Shown here piece after piece: positions 51,194 through 62,008 of a DNA stretch of 64,000 nt. Under the pieces are notes generated by a model that saw only the letters and a list, made by a program, of their open reading frames with translations, was not told where the DNA came from and searched no databases. Numbering within the stretch: position 1 is the stretch's first letter; every line of letters starts with the position of its first letter. A program made the position numbers and the translations under genes. The stretch lies in assembly GCA_038204425.1 (NCBI GenBank), contig JBBRCZ010000010.1, positions 1 through 64,000 of the forward strand. Direction: 5' to 3'. The DNA is from Spirochaetia bacterium (GTDB lineage: Bacteria > Spirochaetota > Spirochaetia > DSM-27196 > Salinispiraceae).

Positions 51194-51261
51194 ATCAACT
51201 CCTCGCTTACATTTTCAGTAAAGGCATAGACAACAGACGGCAATGGTCTGTGTACAAGCTA

Positions 51262-51525
51262 TTAATTTCCGAGTGCGTTGAGCTTCTGGGCAAGACGGGA
51301 CTTTCTGCGAGCAACTAAATTGCTATGAACAATACCCTTGCCGGACGCTGTATCAAGCAACTTTTGAACAAGTTGGAAATCTGCACTTGCAACAGCCTTG
51401 TCCTTTGCATCTACACTAGATAGGAATTTTTTAACCGCAGTCTTTATGGTACTCTTAGACATGCGATTGCGCATGCGTCGGCCCAAGTTCTGGCGATTTC
51501 TTTTTATAGCGGACTTTTTAGCCAA
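51262..51525 (-). CDS. rpsT: 30S ribosomal protein S20
   Basis: KSAIKRNRQN, KGIVHSN..ARRKSRL. Confidence 0.96.
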   Translation of the reverse strand: MAKKSAIKRNRQNLGRRMRNRMSKSTIKTAVKKFLSSVDAKDKAVASADFQLVQKLLDTASGKGIVHSNLVARRKSRLAQKLNALGN

Positions 51526-51656
51526 GAGACAACCTCCAAATCACAAATTATTATGGTGTCGAACCTTAACATAGAAGCAAAAGCGCTGTCAACAAATTGG
51601 GATTGAATCTTGCAGAACTCTTTGTATAAGATAGGCACACATCGAGGGGGACTTGG

Positions 51657-52421
51657 ATGGCACTAGGTTTTGTGTTTCTGATCACGTTGATATTCTATTT
51701 AAACCTCTTGGACTGGCGCATTCTGGCTTATCGTTTGTTCAATTCTGCAAAAACAGAAGCCTTTATTAATCGCAAGGTTCAACCATGGGGTCATGGTGTC
51801 TTTAACCTAATGACCCTGTTTCTTGGATTGAAGGTAGTCAACGAAACGCCAGTCTTAGCGTATCAAACAGTTCCACTAAAATTTGTGGTAATTTCTAATC
51901 ATCAAAGTTTGCTCGATATTACGATGATCTTTGACTTATTTGTCAAACGCCAGTTACGTTTTGTTGCCAAAAAAGAGCTCAAACATGGCCTACCAGGTGT
52001 AAGTCAAGTGCTTAGGTTCCAACGACACGCCTTGATTAGCAGAGAAGGCAACGCCCGCCAAACTATGGCCTACCTCGCCCGTTTTGCCAAAAGGTGTGCC
52101 GACAAAGGCTATAGTCCTGTAGTCTTTCCTGAAGGTACTCGCTCGCGCGACGGTGAGCTTGGAACTTTTCAATTAGCTGGGCTAAAGATGATTTGTGATC
52201 AGGCCCCATTTCCTCTGGCTGTGGTAGCATTAGATGGTGGACACCGAGTAGCAACTTTCTTGTCTATGATTAGTCCGGGCAGAAAAACGCTCAGGATGAA
52301 GCTATTGGGGTTTTTGCCCGCGCCGCAAAGCAAGGATGAGCTACGTACTAGCGCAGAAACAGCCAGATCTATGATAGAACAACAGCTAAAGAAATGGAGA
52401 TCTACCCATCCCGATGCTTAA
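51657..52421 (+). CDS. plsC: 1-acyl-sn-glycerol-3-phosphate acyltransferase family
   Basis: SNHQSLLD, FVAKKEL, FPEGTRS. Confidence 0.88.
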   Translation: MALGFVFLITLIFYLNLLDWRILAYRLFNSAKTEAFINRKVQPWGHGVFNLMTLFLGLKVVNETPVLAYQTVPLKFVVISNHQSLLDITMIFDLFVKRQLRFVAKKELKHGLPGVSQVLRFQRHALISREGNARQTMAYLARFAKRCADKGYSPVVFPEGTRSRDGELGTFQLAGLKMICDQAPFPLAVVALDGGHRVATFLSMISPGRKTLRMKLLGFLPAPQSKDELRTSAETARSMIEQQLKKWRSTHPDA

Positions 52422-54162
52422 AAACTACAAAATTATCCTACCCTACGTTAAAAGATATGCTGGCAAGTATATTCTTGGGCTACTGAGCCTGCTGTTTACA
52501 AGTGGCATTCAACTAATGATTCCGCAAAAGATCCGCGAATCAATCGACCTACTTGCCAGTGGAACATTTGACCTGCAAGCGCTATCAAGTATTTTGTTGG
52601 GCATGGTAGCTATAGCACTCTTGGTAGCCTTAGGGCGATTCTGGTGGCGTTTTTGGATCCAGGGCGCAGCTAGGCGCATAGAAGCTGACCTGAGACTGGA
52701 CCTTTTTAATGCGCATCTAAAACTTGACGCTAGCTATTTTGGTAAGCAAACCGTCGGAAACCTGATGAGTCACTACACCAACGACCTTGGTGCGGTACGG
52801 ATGGCTTGTTCCATGGCACTGGTGGCAGCAACTGACGGTATATTTATGACAGTCAGTATCTTGACCATTTTATTGTCTCAGAACGCTGTGCTTACCTTAA
52901 TTTCTATTGCACCACTTCCACTGATTACTGTCTTAATTCTGGCTCTTGGCGGTATAACAGGTCGTCTTTCCAAAAAAGTCCAGGACAGTTTTGGCGAACT
53001 AAGTCGCCAAACTCAAGAAACCTTTTCTGGCATCAGAATCATTAAATCTTATGTCAAAGAACCTTGGTTTGCCACCCGCTATCAAAAAGCCAACAAAGAA
53101 TCTGCAAAAAACAATCTCGCCTTGGCCAAGGTTTGGAGTCTTTTTTATCCATTGGTTGCCTTTTTTTCCGGGCTAACCAGTGTCTTGCTACTGCGTTTTG
53201 GTGGCGAGGCCGTCATAAAGGGAGACTTTAGTACCGGCGAATTTGTGGCTTCGCTGAGCTATTTACAAATGCTAATTTGGCCAATGTTGGGAGCTGGATT
53301 TACGGTAAATCTTATCCAAAGAGGAGCCGCTAGTTTGGAACGCATCAATACTGTTTTTAATACTAAACCAAGCATGGTTGACCCAGAGCAAGGATTGCCC
53401 TTTGATTGGCAGGCCAATGCGGTTGAGCTGCGACAACTTAGCCACCAATACCCAGACACCATCAGACCTGCCCTCAAAGACCTTACTTTAACGCTCAAGC
53501 GCGGCCAGACCCTAGCCATTACCGGTCCTGTCGCAAGTGGCAAGAGCACGCTTGTTAAGTTGCTGCCGCGCTTGATGGACGCCACTAGCGGTTCGGTAAT
53601 TATCCACGGTCGTGACGTTAAGACGCTAAAGTTGGCCCAACTGCGCTCTTTGGTGTCGGTAGTTAGTCAAGAAACTTTTCTATTTTCTGACACCATAAAA
53701 AATAACATCGCCTTTGGCAACGATCTCGCAAATGATGAACAATTACAACGCGCGGCAAATTGGTCAACGATAGATAGTGACCTTGCGCAGCTGGAGCTGG
53801 GCTGGGAAACCCAAATTGGGGAACGCGGAATCAACCTTTCGGGTGGCCAAAAGCAACGTATAAGCATCAGTCGTGCACTGATTTGTGACCCGGAAATCTT
53901 GATCCTCGATGATGCACTTTCGGCAGTAGATGCCTTGTCAGAAAAAATGATCCTTGATCAACTACGAGAGCTTAGGCATGGAAAAACCACCTTGATTATT
54001 TCGCACCGCATTGCAGCACTTGCTCACGCCAACCAGATTATAGTGCTCGAAGATGGCGCAATAACTCAATCGGGCGCTCATCAAGAACTTGCAAAGAAGG
54101 AGGGCTATTACCGAGAATTGCTACTCTGGCAAGAAACCGAGTCCAGAGGAGCCAAACAATGA
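52414..54162 (+). CDS. ABC exporter subunit (MdlA/YheI-like, degenerate Walker B)
   Basis: 6-TM + NBD; GPVASGKS, LSGGQKQR, ILILDD. Confidence 0.92.
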   Translation: MLKNYKIILPYVKRYAGKYILGLLSLLFTSGIQLMIPQKIRESIDLLASGTFDLQALSSILLGMVAIALLVALGRFWWRFWIQGAARRIEADLRLDLFNAHLKLDASYFGKQTVGNLMSHYTNDLGAVRMACSMALVAATDGIFMTVSILTILLSQNAVLTLISIAPLPLITVLILALGGITGRLSKKVQDSFGELSRQTQETFSGIRIIKSYVKEPWFATRYQKANKESAKNNLALAKVWSLFYPLVAFFSGLTSVLLLRFGGEAVIKGDFSTGEFVASLSYLQMLIWPMLGAGFTVNLIQRGAASLERINTVFNTKPSMVDPEQGLPFDWQANAVELRQLSHQYPDTIRPALKDLTLTLKRGQTLAITGPVASGKSTLVKLLPRLMDATSGSVIIHGRDVKTLKLAQLRSLVSVVSQETFLFSDTIKNNIAFGNDLANDEQLQRAANWSTIDSDLAQLELGWETQIGERGINLSGGQKQRISISRALICDPEILILDDALSAVDALSEKMILDQLRELRHGKTTLIISHRIAALAHANQIIVLEDGAITQSGAHQELAKKEGYYRELLLWQETESRGAKQ

Positions 54163-55949
54163 GTCAAGATGAAATAGTCAAAGGCTATGACCGACAAATA
54201 ATCAAACGTCTTTTTTTAGCCACCAAGCCTTATCGGATGATTCTTTTCTTGTCAGTTTTTTCGCTAGTTGCAGCCAGCGTAGCAGAAATACTACTGCCGG
54301 TGCTGATTCAGCAAACGGTAGACCAAGTTTTTATTGGTCCTCAGGCAGCAAACTCGCCCTTTGATTCAAGTGCGCGCCTTGATATCTTGGTAAAAAATAG
54401 CATGCTGTTTCTTTTGTTGTTGCTTGTTATGGTGGTTTTCAACTTTATCCAGAACTATTTTTTGAACAAAACTGGGCAGTCAGTGATGATGGATCTCAGG
54501 CTGGCTTTGTACGAGAAGACTATGCGCCAAAGCATGAAATTCCTTCAGGAAAATCCATTAGGTAAAATAGTAACGCGCTTAACCAACGATCTAGAAACTA
54601 TCAATGAGTTCTTCTCTTCGGTTTTTGGCTCTCTGATCAAAGATTTTTTCTTAATGGTAGGTATAACCATTGCGTTACTTTTGCTTGACTGGAGGCTCGG
54701 CTTACTATCAATTGGTGGCTTGCCGTTAGTAATGCTGCTACTATTCTTTTTTCGCTATTGGTCCCGCCAAGCTTATCGAAAACTGAGGCAGAGTGTGTCC
54801 CGCCTCAATACTTTTTTGGCAGAACACTTGGCTGGCATGCATATTGTTCAACTGTTTGTTAAAGAAGACCGCACTTTTGCTAAGTTTCAACAAGAAAATA
54901 AAGCTCTGCTAAAGGCAAACATCGGAGAAATGTATGTCTTAGCCACCTTTAGACCCGTAGCCGACCTAGTTTCTAGTTTAGCGATTGCGCTGACTATTTG
55001 GATTGGAGCGGGCTACTACCAAGAGCAATGGCTAAGCCTCGGGGTTTTGATAGCTTTTATTAGTTTGGTGCAAAAGTTTTTTGAACCAATAATGAGTATT
55101 TCAGAAAAACTTAATCTCATGCAGTCAGCCATGGCTGGCGGCGAAAGAGTATTTGAACTCTTGGACACCGAAGAACATAGTAGAAATGACGGAACACTCA
55201 AACCAAACAAAATTACCGGTGAACTTCGTTTTGAGTCAGTCACCTTTGCCTACAAAGCTCAGGAACCAGTCTTACACGAACTAAGTTTTTGCCTTGAAGC
55301 AGGAAAAAAGACAGCCATAGTCGGCCCGAGTGGCTCAGGAAAAACAAGTATCGCCCAAGTTTTATGTAGAATGTGGGAAGCGCAAAGCGGGACCATTAGC
55401 TTAGACGGAACTGACATAAAGTCGATAGAGCTGTCGCATCTACGCAGCCTCATTCAACCGATTCAACAAGAAGTTAGTCTTTTTGGCATGTCCATTAGAG
55501 ACAACGTTTTAATGGGAAAGCAACTAAGCGATAAAGAGGTCTGGACACTACTTGAACGCGCGCAGGCCGCTGAATTTGTACGTCGACTGGCGATGGGATT
55601 GGACACGGTTCTTAGCGAAGGTGCCTTTAGCCTTTCTGGCGGGCAGCGCCAATTACTGGCATTCGCGCGTATTTTTGCCCAAGACCCACCGGTCATCATC
55701 ATGGACGAGGCCACATCGAGTATTGATAGTGAGACAGAAAACCAAATTCAGACTGCCATGCAAGAACTAACAAAGCAGCGTACCTCTTTGGTGATCGCCC
55801 ACCGCCTATCAACCATTGTTGATGCTGACCTAATTATTGTGCTCGCTGCCGGTCGAATAGTGGAAATGGGAAGTCATTCTGAGCTTATGGCCAAAAAAGC
55901 AAGCTACTACAAGCTCTACCAAACCCAAACTCATCGCAGCTCAGAGTAA
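54159..55949 (+). CDS. ABC exporter subunit (MdlB/YheH-like)
   Basis: GPSGSGKT, LSGGQRQ, MDEATSSID, IAHRLST; ATGA overlap with partner. Confidence 0.92.
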   Translation: MSQDEIVKGYDRQIIKRLFLATKPYRMILFLSVFSLVAASVAEILLPVLIQQTVDQVFIGPQAANSPFDSSARLDILVKNSMLFLLLLLVMVVFNFIQNYFLNKTGQSVMMDLRLALYEKTMRQSMKFLQENPLGKIVTRLTNDLETINEFFSSVFGSLIKDFFLMVGITIALLLLDWRLGLLSIGGLPLVMLLLFFFRYWSRQAYRKLRQSVSRLNTFLAEHLAGMHIVQLFVKEDRTFAKFQQENKALLKANIGEMYVLATFRPVADLVSSLAIALTIWIGAGYYQEQWLSLGVLIAFISLVQKFFEPIMSISEKLNLMQSAMAGGERVFELLDTEEHSRNDGTLKPNKITGELRFESVTFAYKAQEPVLHELSFCLEAGKKTAIVGPSGSGKTSIAQVLCRMWEAQSGTISLDGTDIKSIELSHLRSLIQPIQQEVSLFGMSIRDNVLMGKQLSDKEVWTLLERAQAAEFVRRLAMGLDTVLSEGAFSLSGGQRQLLAFARIFAQDPPVIIMDEATSSIDSETENQIQTAMQELTKQRTSLVIAHRLSTIVDADLIIVLAAGRIVEMGSHSELMAKKASYYKLYQTQTHRSSE

Positions 55950-56894
55950 ATTAGTCTGAGTCCTTGTTGCTGACGGAATTTTTTCGCAGGCAGCTAAGTT
56001 TTGGCCAATAAAACGCCAGAAGTTGCCTTCCTGTTTAAAAAACTGCCCTGGTATGGCTAGATCCCTGCCATCTTCGCCATGCAAGTAAACCAAATGATTG
56101 AGTATATTGACTTCTCTGACCCTAAACTTGATCGACTCGATATCAAAATTACAGCCTTCACTTGGCAAACTTCGTCTTTCGTTACGATAGGCCTCGTATT
56201 CATAGGCTAGACAACAGAGCAGCCGACCGCAGGGGCCCGAAATTTTAATGGAATTGAGACTCAAATTTTGCGTCTTGGCCATCTTGATTGATACCGGTTG
56301 CAGTTTGTCACTGACACCACTACAACATAAAACACGACCACACACCGCCTTGCCACCGACAATCCGGCTCTCGTCGCGGACGCCGATTTGGCGCAGTTCA
56401 ATACGCATGTGAAAAACAGCCACCAAGTCTTTGACCAGTTCTCTAAAATCCACTCGGTTCTCACTGGTAAAAAAGAAGACAATCTTTGGCTCTTCCAACA
56501 TGACGTGTACCGTAACCAACTTCATATCCAAATGATGTTCTTCGATCTTCTTGCGGCATACATCAAAGGCGTGCGCGGCCTTGTCGAGGTTTAGTTGATG
56601 ATTATTGAGGTCTTGTTCGTTTGCCTTTCTGACAATATGGTGAACTTCTTCCCACTTATAACTGTTTTCTGACTTAATTCGCCCGAGTACCAGTCCAAGA
56701 TCCAGACCATTTTTTGTCTGCACCAATACTGCATCCTGATACGTGAGTTCTTGGTCACCAGGAACGCAGAGCAATGACTCATTGGTTTGATAAACTTTTA
56801 CCAAATAGTAGACATCACTTTGATCGTGCTCATGCTTAACGTTGGTATCGAATTCTTCAGGATCAACTTCGGTACTATCAAACTCTTCTTTCAT
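55941..56894 (-). CDS. ricT: PSP1-domain protein RicT/YaaT
   Basis: RVDFRELVKDL, RQIGVRDE, CGRVLCC, SGPCGRLLCCL.YE. Confidence 0.92.
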   Translation of the reverse strand: MKEEFDSTEVDPEEFDTNVKHEHDQSDVYYLVKVYQTNESLLCVPGDQELTYQDAVLVQTKNGLDLGLVLGRIKSENSYKWEEVHHIVRKANEQDLNNHQLNLDKAAHAFDVCRKKIEEHHLDMKLVTVHVMLEEPKIVFFFTSENRVDFRELVKDLVAVFHMRIELRQIGVRDESRIVGGKAVCGRVLCCSGVSDKLQPVSIKMAKTQNLSLNSIKISGPCGRLLCCLAYEYEAYRNERRSLPSEGCNFDIESIKFRVREVNILNHLVYLHGEDGRDLAIPGQFFKQEGNFWRFIGQNLAACEKIPSATRTQTNLL

Positions 56895-56923
56895 AAAAAA
56901 TCCTTACAGTAAAAACAATAAAT

Positions 56924-57427
56924 CTAGTGCAGAAGGTCAACAAGTAGTCCTTGCAGCTCTTCAAGTTTAGTTAGCAGGTCTATCTGTTTAACCTGGGTCT
57001 GTAATACACCTACGACGAGCTTCTCAAGTTTTTCATCAATTACCCGCAAAATAAGATACTTTTTTTGCTGGAGAATATTCCGGCTTGAAATCTGCTCCTC
57101 TAGCTCCATGCCATTGTTCAGATAATCCATCAACAGTTTTTTTACAGCTGCCTTATATGCCTTGATAGTTTCCATACTTTGACGTTTGGTTAATTGTTGT
57201 CCCAAGGAATGAATTTCGTCAAGTTGCTTGCCTATTTCTGCTTCTCGATCAGCCTCTTTTTGTAACAATGCGGCAGAATTGTCTATATCGCCGTTCTCTT
57301 CTGACTTGCCTAGTAGTGAAAAAAATGACGAGGTAGGCAATTTTTTCTTTTTTTCTGACTTTTGCTTTTCGTTAGCTACTAAGTCACTGCGCACAAAGGG
57401 CAATCCCTGATTGTCTACCGGTTTCAT
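56924..57427 (-). CDS. YaaR/DUF327 family protein
   Basis: YKAAVK, IDEKLEKL, GLLVDL. Confidence 0.85.
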   Translation of the reverse strand: MKPVDNQGLPFVRSDLVANEKQKSEKKKKLPTSSFFSLLGKSEENGDIDNSAALLQKEADREAEIGKQLDEIHSLGQQLTKRQSMETIKAYKAAVKKLLMDYLNNGMELEEQISSRNILQQKKYLILRVIDEKLEKLVVGVLQTQVKQIDLLTKLEELQGLLVDLLH

Positions 57428-57433
57428 TAAAAA

Positions 57434-57895
57434 TTAGTCAGCTTTTTGTTTGTTGCCAGAACGAGTGGCCGAAAAAATCGACCTTGTGGTCTTGGAGCTG
57501 GTTCGACGAAAAGCTTTTTGTTCGTGGGCTTCACTAGCATCGTCGGCGTCGGTTCGTTCTTCATTCTTGGCGCCTGGAACGAGCAATGCCCCGTCGAGGA
57601 TAACACCTTCCTCAACCACTAAACGCGGCGAAAAAATGCTGCCCATGACGACTGCACTTGAGAGCAGGACAACCTTTTCACTTGCATAGATGGTACCTTT
57701 AAAAATGCCACCTACCACTACCGTGTGTGCATCAATCACACATTCCGCTCTGCCTTGAGATCCCAAAAGTACTTTGCCTTTAATTTTTATACTGCCAGAA
57801 CAGTCACCATCGATGCGCAAGAGTCCGTCAATTTCGATGTCACCGGAAAACTTGCTGTTGTGCCCGATGATTGAGTTGATGATATGTTCATCCAT
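57434..57895 (-). CDS. Bactofilin
   Basis: INSIIG, GLLRIDGD, LVVEEGVILDG. Confidence 0.92.
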   Translation of the reverse strand: MDEHIINSIIGHNSKFSGDIEIDGLLRIDGDCSGSIKIKGKVLLGSQGRAECVIDAHTVVVGGIFKGTIYASEKVVLLSSAVVMGSIFSPRLVVEEGVILDGALLVPGAKNEERTDADDASEAHEQKAFRRTSSKTTRSIFSATRSGNKQKAD

Positions 57896-57913
57896 ATTTT
57901 GTAAACCAAACTT

Positions 57914-58897
57914 TCAAGGTGATTCAACCTTAAGGGTGCTTGGGTCAGTAGTACTGACCTTTAGGAAACTCGATGGATCCAAAATTTGTGTACCAATCAT
58001 AATCTGAAAATCGACATGGAAACCTGTGGAAAGACCAGTGGTACCCATGGTTCCAATACGCTGACCCTGGTAAACTTCATCTCCTGGCTTTACTAAAAAA
58101 CTACCCAAGTGCGAATAGCGCGTTCTAAATCCATATTTGTGCTCAATGACAATATAGGCGCCAAACTCTTGATTGGCATCGTAAGAGGCTTCGATCACCT
58201 TGCCATTGGCACTTGCTACCACCGTAAGAGCAAAGGGCCCGTTAATGTCGATGCCTTTGTGAATAAACCAATTGTCAGAAACCGGATGTCGGTTAGGTCC
58301 AAACTCCATCGCCACCGAAGCGTTGCCGCCTGATACCGGCCACAAATTAGGAATGTCAGACAAGAGGCGTTTTTGCGTAGCAAGAACCTGACTGATTTGT
58401 TCAAGCGGTGCCAATGATTGGGCGAGTGAGCGACTAAGTGATTTAATCTCAAAGATTTCTCTGATTTCATTGGAGCTGAGTTCTTGCACATTGCTTAGGC
58501 TGGCGAGATCACCCTCGCTCGTCTTTGCGTCACGACTTGACTTTAGCTCTATACCAAGCTCTTGCAAAGTTCGCCCTAAAGACGTGTTCCAACCCTGGTA
58601 CGTCCGTTCTAGCTCGTTGGTTTCCTTGATGACTTGTTCGAGCACAGCATTTGAAACTAGAAGGCTCTGATTCTTCTTGCTGATTTCTTGTTGGTTGCCG
58701 GAATAAACAGTTACAGAATATATAAAAAGAGCAAGTAGTGCAAAAAAAGCGATCGACAGCAAACCTGCCCAGGTACCACCAACTTTAAGGTTAACTACTT
58801 TTTGGTCAGAGTGAGGTATTATCATAATTGAAAAACGAGTCTTACCTAGCGATTTGAGCATCTGTAGAATACTTCGTTTTTCTTGCTTTTTATCCAT
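57914..58897 (-). CDS. M23 family peptidase (TM + coiled coil + M23)
   Basis: IMIIPHS, PNLWPV, HKGID, YSHL, GLSTGFHVD; start 58897 or 58915. Confidence 0.9.
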   Translation of the reverse strand: MDKKQEKRSILQMLKSLGKTRFSIMIIPHSDQKVVNLKVGGTWAGLLSIAFFALLALFIYSVTVYSGNQQEISKKNQSLLVSNAVLEQVIKETNELERTYQGWNTSLGRTLQELGIELKSSRDAKTSEGDLASLSNVQELSSNEIREIFEIKSLSRSLAQSLAPLEQISQVLATQKRLLSDIPNLWPVSGGNASVAMEFGPNRHPVSDNWFIHKGIDINGPFALTVVASANGKVIEASYDANQEFGAYIVIEHKYGFRTRYSHLGSFLVKPGDEVYQGQRIGTMGTTGLSTGFHVDFQIMIGTQILDPSSFLKVSTTDPSTLKVESP

Positions 58898-59017
58898 CGC
58901 AACCTCGGCCCGCATTAAAAAAAATTAGCACAGTATCAAAATGACTTTCAAATATAACACAAAAGACAAATAAGAGTACCTTTTGGATCCGTATTTTGCT
59001 TAGTTTTCGTTTGTTTA

Positions 59018-59046
59018 TTGACGTGCACCTGCGCACATGTTATGTT
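59018..59046 (+). promoter_or_regulatory. Putative sigma70 promoter of tatD
   Basis: TTGACG-17 bp-TATGTT with TGn extension. Confidence 0.55.
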
Positions 59047-59095
59047 TTAAAGACTACTCATCGAGTATTTATTACAATCCGAATTGGAAATCATC

Positions 59096-59875
59096 ATGCG
59101 TTTATTTGATACTCATGCACATATCGGTCTGATCCACGAAGACCCAATCGAACAGTTTATTATTACTCAAGAAGCCAAGCAGGCGGGCGTTGAGGCGATC
59201 ATATCGATCAGCAATAATTTGCATGATTTTTTTATTATTCACCAAAATCTCAAGTCGGCGCACAATATCTACCACGCTGTTGGCGTCTCACCCTCCGAGG
59301 TCCAGAACCCCGGACTTAACTGGGAAGAACAAATCGAAAAGGGACTGACTTTAGAAAATGTTGTCGCTGTTGGTGAAACTGGGCTAGACTACTTCCGTCG
59401 ATTTGGCGACAAAAATAGTCAAATTGAACTTTTTATCAATCAACTCGAGATTGCTCGCAAACACTCCTTGCCGGTAATTATTCACAATCGAGAAGCTGGA
59501 GCCGACGTCTTGGATATTCTGCGCGAACGTATTCCACCAAAGGGCGGAGTTTTGCACTGTTATAGCGAAGACTGGCCCTACGCAAAAAAGGCCTTAGAAC
59601 TCAATCTCTACTTATCTTTCGCTGGCAACGTCACTTACCGCAATGCCCGTAACTTGCACGACACGGCTCGAAACATCCCCTTAGAAAGGATGGTAATTGA
59701 GAGTGAAAGTCCCTTTATGGTACCTTCTGAGTATCGAGGAAAACGCAACAAACCTTCTTATTTACATTCAACGCTTGAGTTCCTTGCTGATCTTCGCGGC
59801 ATCGATCCGGAAGAACTGGCCATTATAACTACCAAGAACGCCTGTTCGTTATTTGGCATTCCATTTAAGGACTGA
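59096..59875 (+). CDS. tatD: TatD family hydrolase
   Basis: DTHAH, VGETGLDY, IIHNREA, VLHCY. Confidence 0.92.
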   Translation: MRLFDTHAHIGLIHEDPIEQFIITQEAKQAGVEAIISISNNLHDFFIIHQNLKSAHNIYHAVGVSPSEVQNPGLNWEEQIEKGLTLENVVAVGETGLDYFRRFGDKNSQIELFINQLEIARKHSLPVIIHNREAGADVLDILRERIPPKGGVLHCYSEDWPYAKKALELNLYLSFAGNVTYRNARNLHDTARNIPLERMVIESESPFMVPSEYRGKRNKPSYLHSTLEFLADLRGIDPEELAIITTKNACSLFGIPFKD

Positions 59876-59936
59876 AGCCGCAATTGGGGTCAAGTGCACC
59901 TTGACCCTTGCCAATGCGCGGTGATATACCAGCTCT

Positions 59937-61415
59937 GTGAACGCCACAAACCATACGCAAGAACAAGAGCAGAATCAAGAACAGGATCCTGGAAAACCCG
60001 GCCACTTTTGTGGTGTGGTGGGTATTCACTCGATCACACCCATCAATATTCCGGCTACGCTCTTCTTTCCACTTTTTTCGATCCAACATAGAGGACAAGA
60101 AAGTGCAGGAATAGCTTACCAAAAGGAAGCCGAGACGGTGGTTTACAAAGACTTGGGCATGGTATCTCAGGTGCTATCACACTATCTAAACACTGATAGA
60201 CCGGGAACTACGGGTATTGGGCACGTACGGTACTCTACCCATGGCGGCAACAAAGTTGAAAACGCTCAACCACTCTTGGTCAAATGCAACAAGGGACAAA
60301 TAGCGCTTGCTCACAATGGTAACCTAACCAATACTACTGAACTAAAGCAAAAATTGTTTGCCGAAGGCTCAATTTTTCAGACAAGTTCTGATTCAGAACT
60401 TTTTTTGCACCTTATTTCTCGTTCGTTACAAGGTAACTTTAGAGAAGCTCTGATGGAGACGCTCAATATAGTAAAGGGCGCCTTCTCCTTGGCGTTGATG
60501 CACGAAGATACTCTCTATGCCGTCAGAGATCCTTGGGGATTTAGACCACTGCATATCGGCTGGAAAGATGATATGACCGTTATCGCCAGCGAAACCTGCG
60601 CCTTGGACATCCTAAACGTTAAGGAATATCGCAGCATTCAACCCGGCGAAGTGATTGAAATCGACAAAAAAGGTGCTCGGTCTTACTTTTTGCCCAAACC
60701 AGAAAACAGTCAACAATGTGTCTTTGAAATGATTTACTTTGCTCGCCCCGACAGCAAAGTATTTGACCACTCAGTACACCTGCAAAGAAAACTCATGGGC
60801 GCTGCACTGGCAAAATCTGACATAGAACTGCACAAGAATGGCATACCAGGTACTGATGTCGTGGTGGCTGTTCCTGATTCTGGAATAAGTGCAGCGCTTG
60901 GATATGCCGAACAGTCTGGCATTCCTTACGATGTTGGTCTCACCAGAAATCACTACACAGGAAGATCTTTTATAATGCCAACCAAGGCCGAAAGAGAAAT
61001 GGTTGTCAAAATGAAGCTAAACCCTGTCAGAGAAGTGGTAGCTGGGAAACGAGTTTTCTTGATTGACGACTCCTTGGTTCGTGGTGTGACTGCTAAACTG
61101 CTCGTCAAACTTTTGCGAGAAGCAGGTGCGAGCGAAATTCACCTACGGCTAAGCTCGCCAGAGATCCGCTGGCCATGTTTTTTTGGCATCGACATCCCTA
61201 CCCGACAAGAACTGATTTCAAACAGTATGACGCCACAAAAAATTGCAGAATTTGTCGGCGCTAACAGCGTTGCTTTTTTGTCATTAAAAGACCTCAAAGC
61301 CACCGTTAAGACTCCAGGAAACTTTTGTTATTCGTGTTTTAATGGCGAGTACTGCATGTCAGTCCCCCTTCGAAAAGATGAACTACTCTTTGAACGCGAT
61401 AGTGAGGCTGACTAA
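59937..61415 (+). CDS. purF: Amidophosphoribosyltransferase
   Basis: Propeptide then CGVVG, QHRGQE, GHVRYST, AHNGNL, IDDSLVRG, Fe-S Cys. Confidence 0.97.
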   Translation: MNATNHTQEQEQNQEQDPGKPGHFCGVVGIHSITPINIPATLFFPLFSIQHRGQESAGIAYQKEAETVVYKDLGMVSQVLSHYLNTDRPGTTGIGHVRYSTHGGNKVENAQPLLVKCNKGQIALAHNGNLTNTTELKQKLFAEGSIFQTSSDSELFLHLISRSLQGNFREALMETLNIVKGAFSLALMHEDTLYAVRDPWGFRPLHIGWKDDMTVIASETCALDILNVKEYRSIQPGEVIEIDKKGARSYFLPKPENSQQCVFEMIYFARPDSKVFDHSVHLQRKLMGAALAKSDIELHKNGIPGTDVVVAVPDSGISAALGYAEQSGIPYDVGLTRNHYTGRSFIMPTKAEREMVVKMKLNPVREVVAGKRVFLIDDSLVRGVTAKLLVKLLREAGASEIHLRLSSPEIRWPCFFGIDIPTRQELISNSMTPQKIAEFVGANSVAFLSLKDLKATVKTPGNFCYSCFNGEYCMSVPLRKDELLFERDSEAD

Positions 61416-61417
61416 AA

Positions 61418-62008
61418 TTGGCACATATTGCAGTCTTTGCTTCGGGTCGTGGAACTAATTTCATTGCCTTACACAACTATTTTTTAAATAATCCCAGTCA
61501 AATAGATATCGCCTGCTTGGTAAGCGACGTTCCTGATTGCGGGGCTTTGACCTACGCCAAAAGCAAGGGCATACCAAGTATAGTGCTTGACTATTCCTCT
61601 CATAAGCGCGGCCAGGTAGAAGCCTACCTCAAGCAAGAACTGGCCAGATACTCACCAGATCTACTAGTGCTGGCGGGCTTCATGCGCATTATTGGAAAGA
61701 CCTTACTAGAGGCCTGGCCACATAAGATTATCAATATCCACCCTAGCTTACTGCCCCGTCACGCTGGCTCACATGGCATTAGAGACAGCTATGACTCGGG
61801 TGATAGATTTGTTGGCATAAGCATTCACTATGTCGATGCGGGAATTGATACCGGCCCTATCATTTTGCAAAAAAGCTTTGAGCGAGACAAAAATGACAGT
61901 CTGGTGCAGTTAGAAGAAAAAATTCACTTACTTGAACATGAATGGTACCCCAAAATTGTACACCATATACTTGATCCTCAAAACCAAACTTTGCGAGGCA
62001 CAACATGA
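61418..62008 (+). CDS. purN: Phosphoribosylglycinamide formyltransferase
   Basis: ASGRGTN, LAGFMRI, INIHPSLLP, DTGPII. Confidence 0.96.
   Translation: MAHIAVFASGRGTNFIALHNYFLNNPSQIDIACLVSDVPDCGALTYAKSKGIPSIVLDYSSHKRGQVEAYLKQELARYSPDLLVLAGFMRIIGKTLLEAWPHKIINIHPSLLPRHAGSHGIRDSYDSGDRFVGISIHYVDAGIDTGPIILQKSFERDKNDSLVQLEEKIHLLEHEWYPKIVHHILDPQNQTLRGTT

Noticed and set aside
52414..54162. Degenerate Walker B as a sign of pseudogenisation
   Set aside because: Normal for one subunit of heterodimeric ABC exporters
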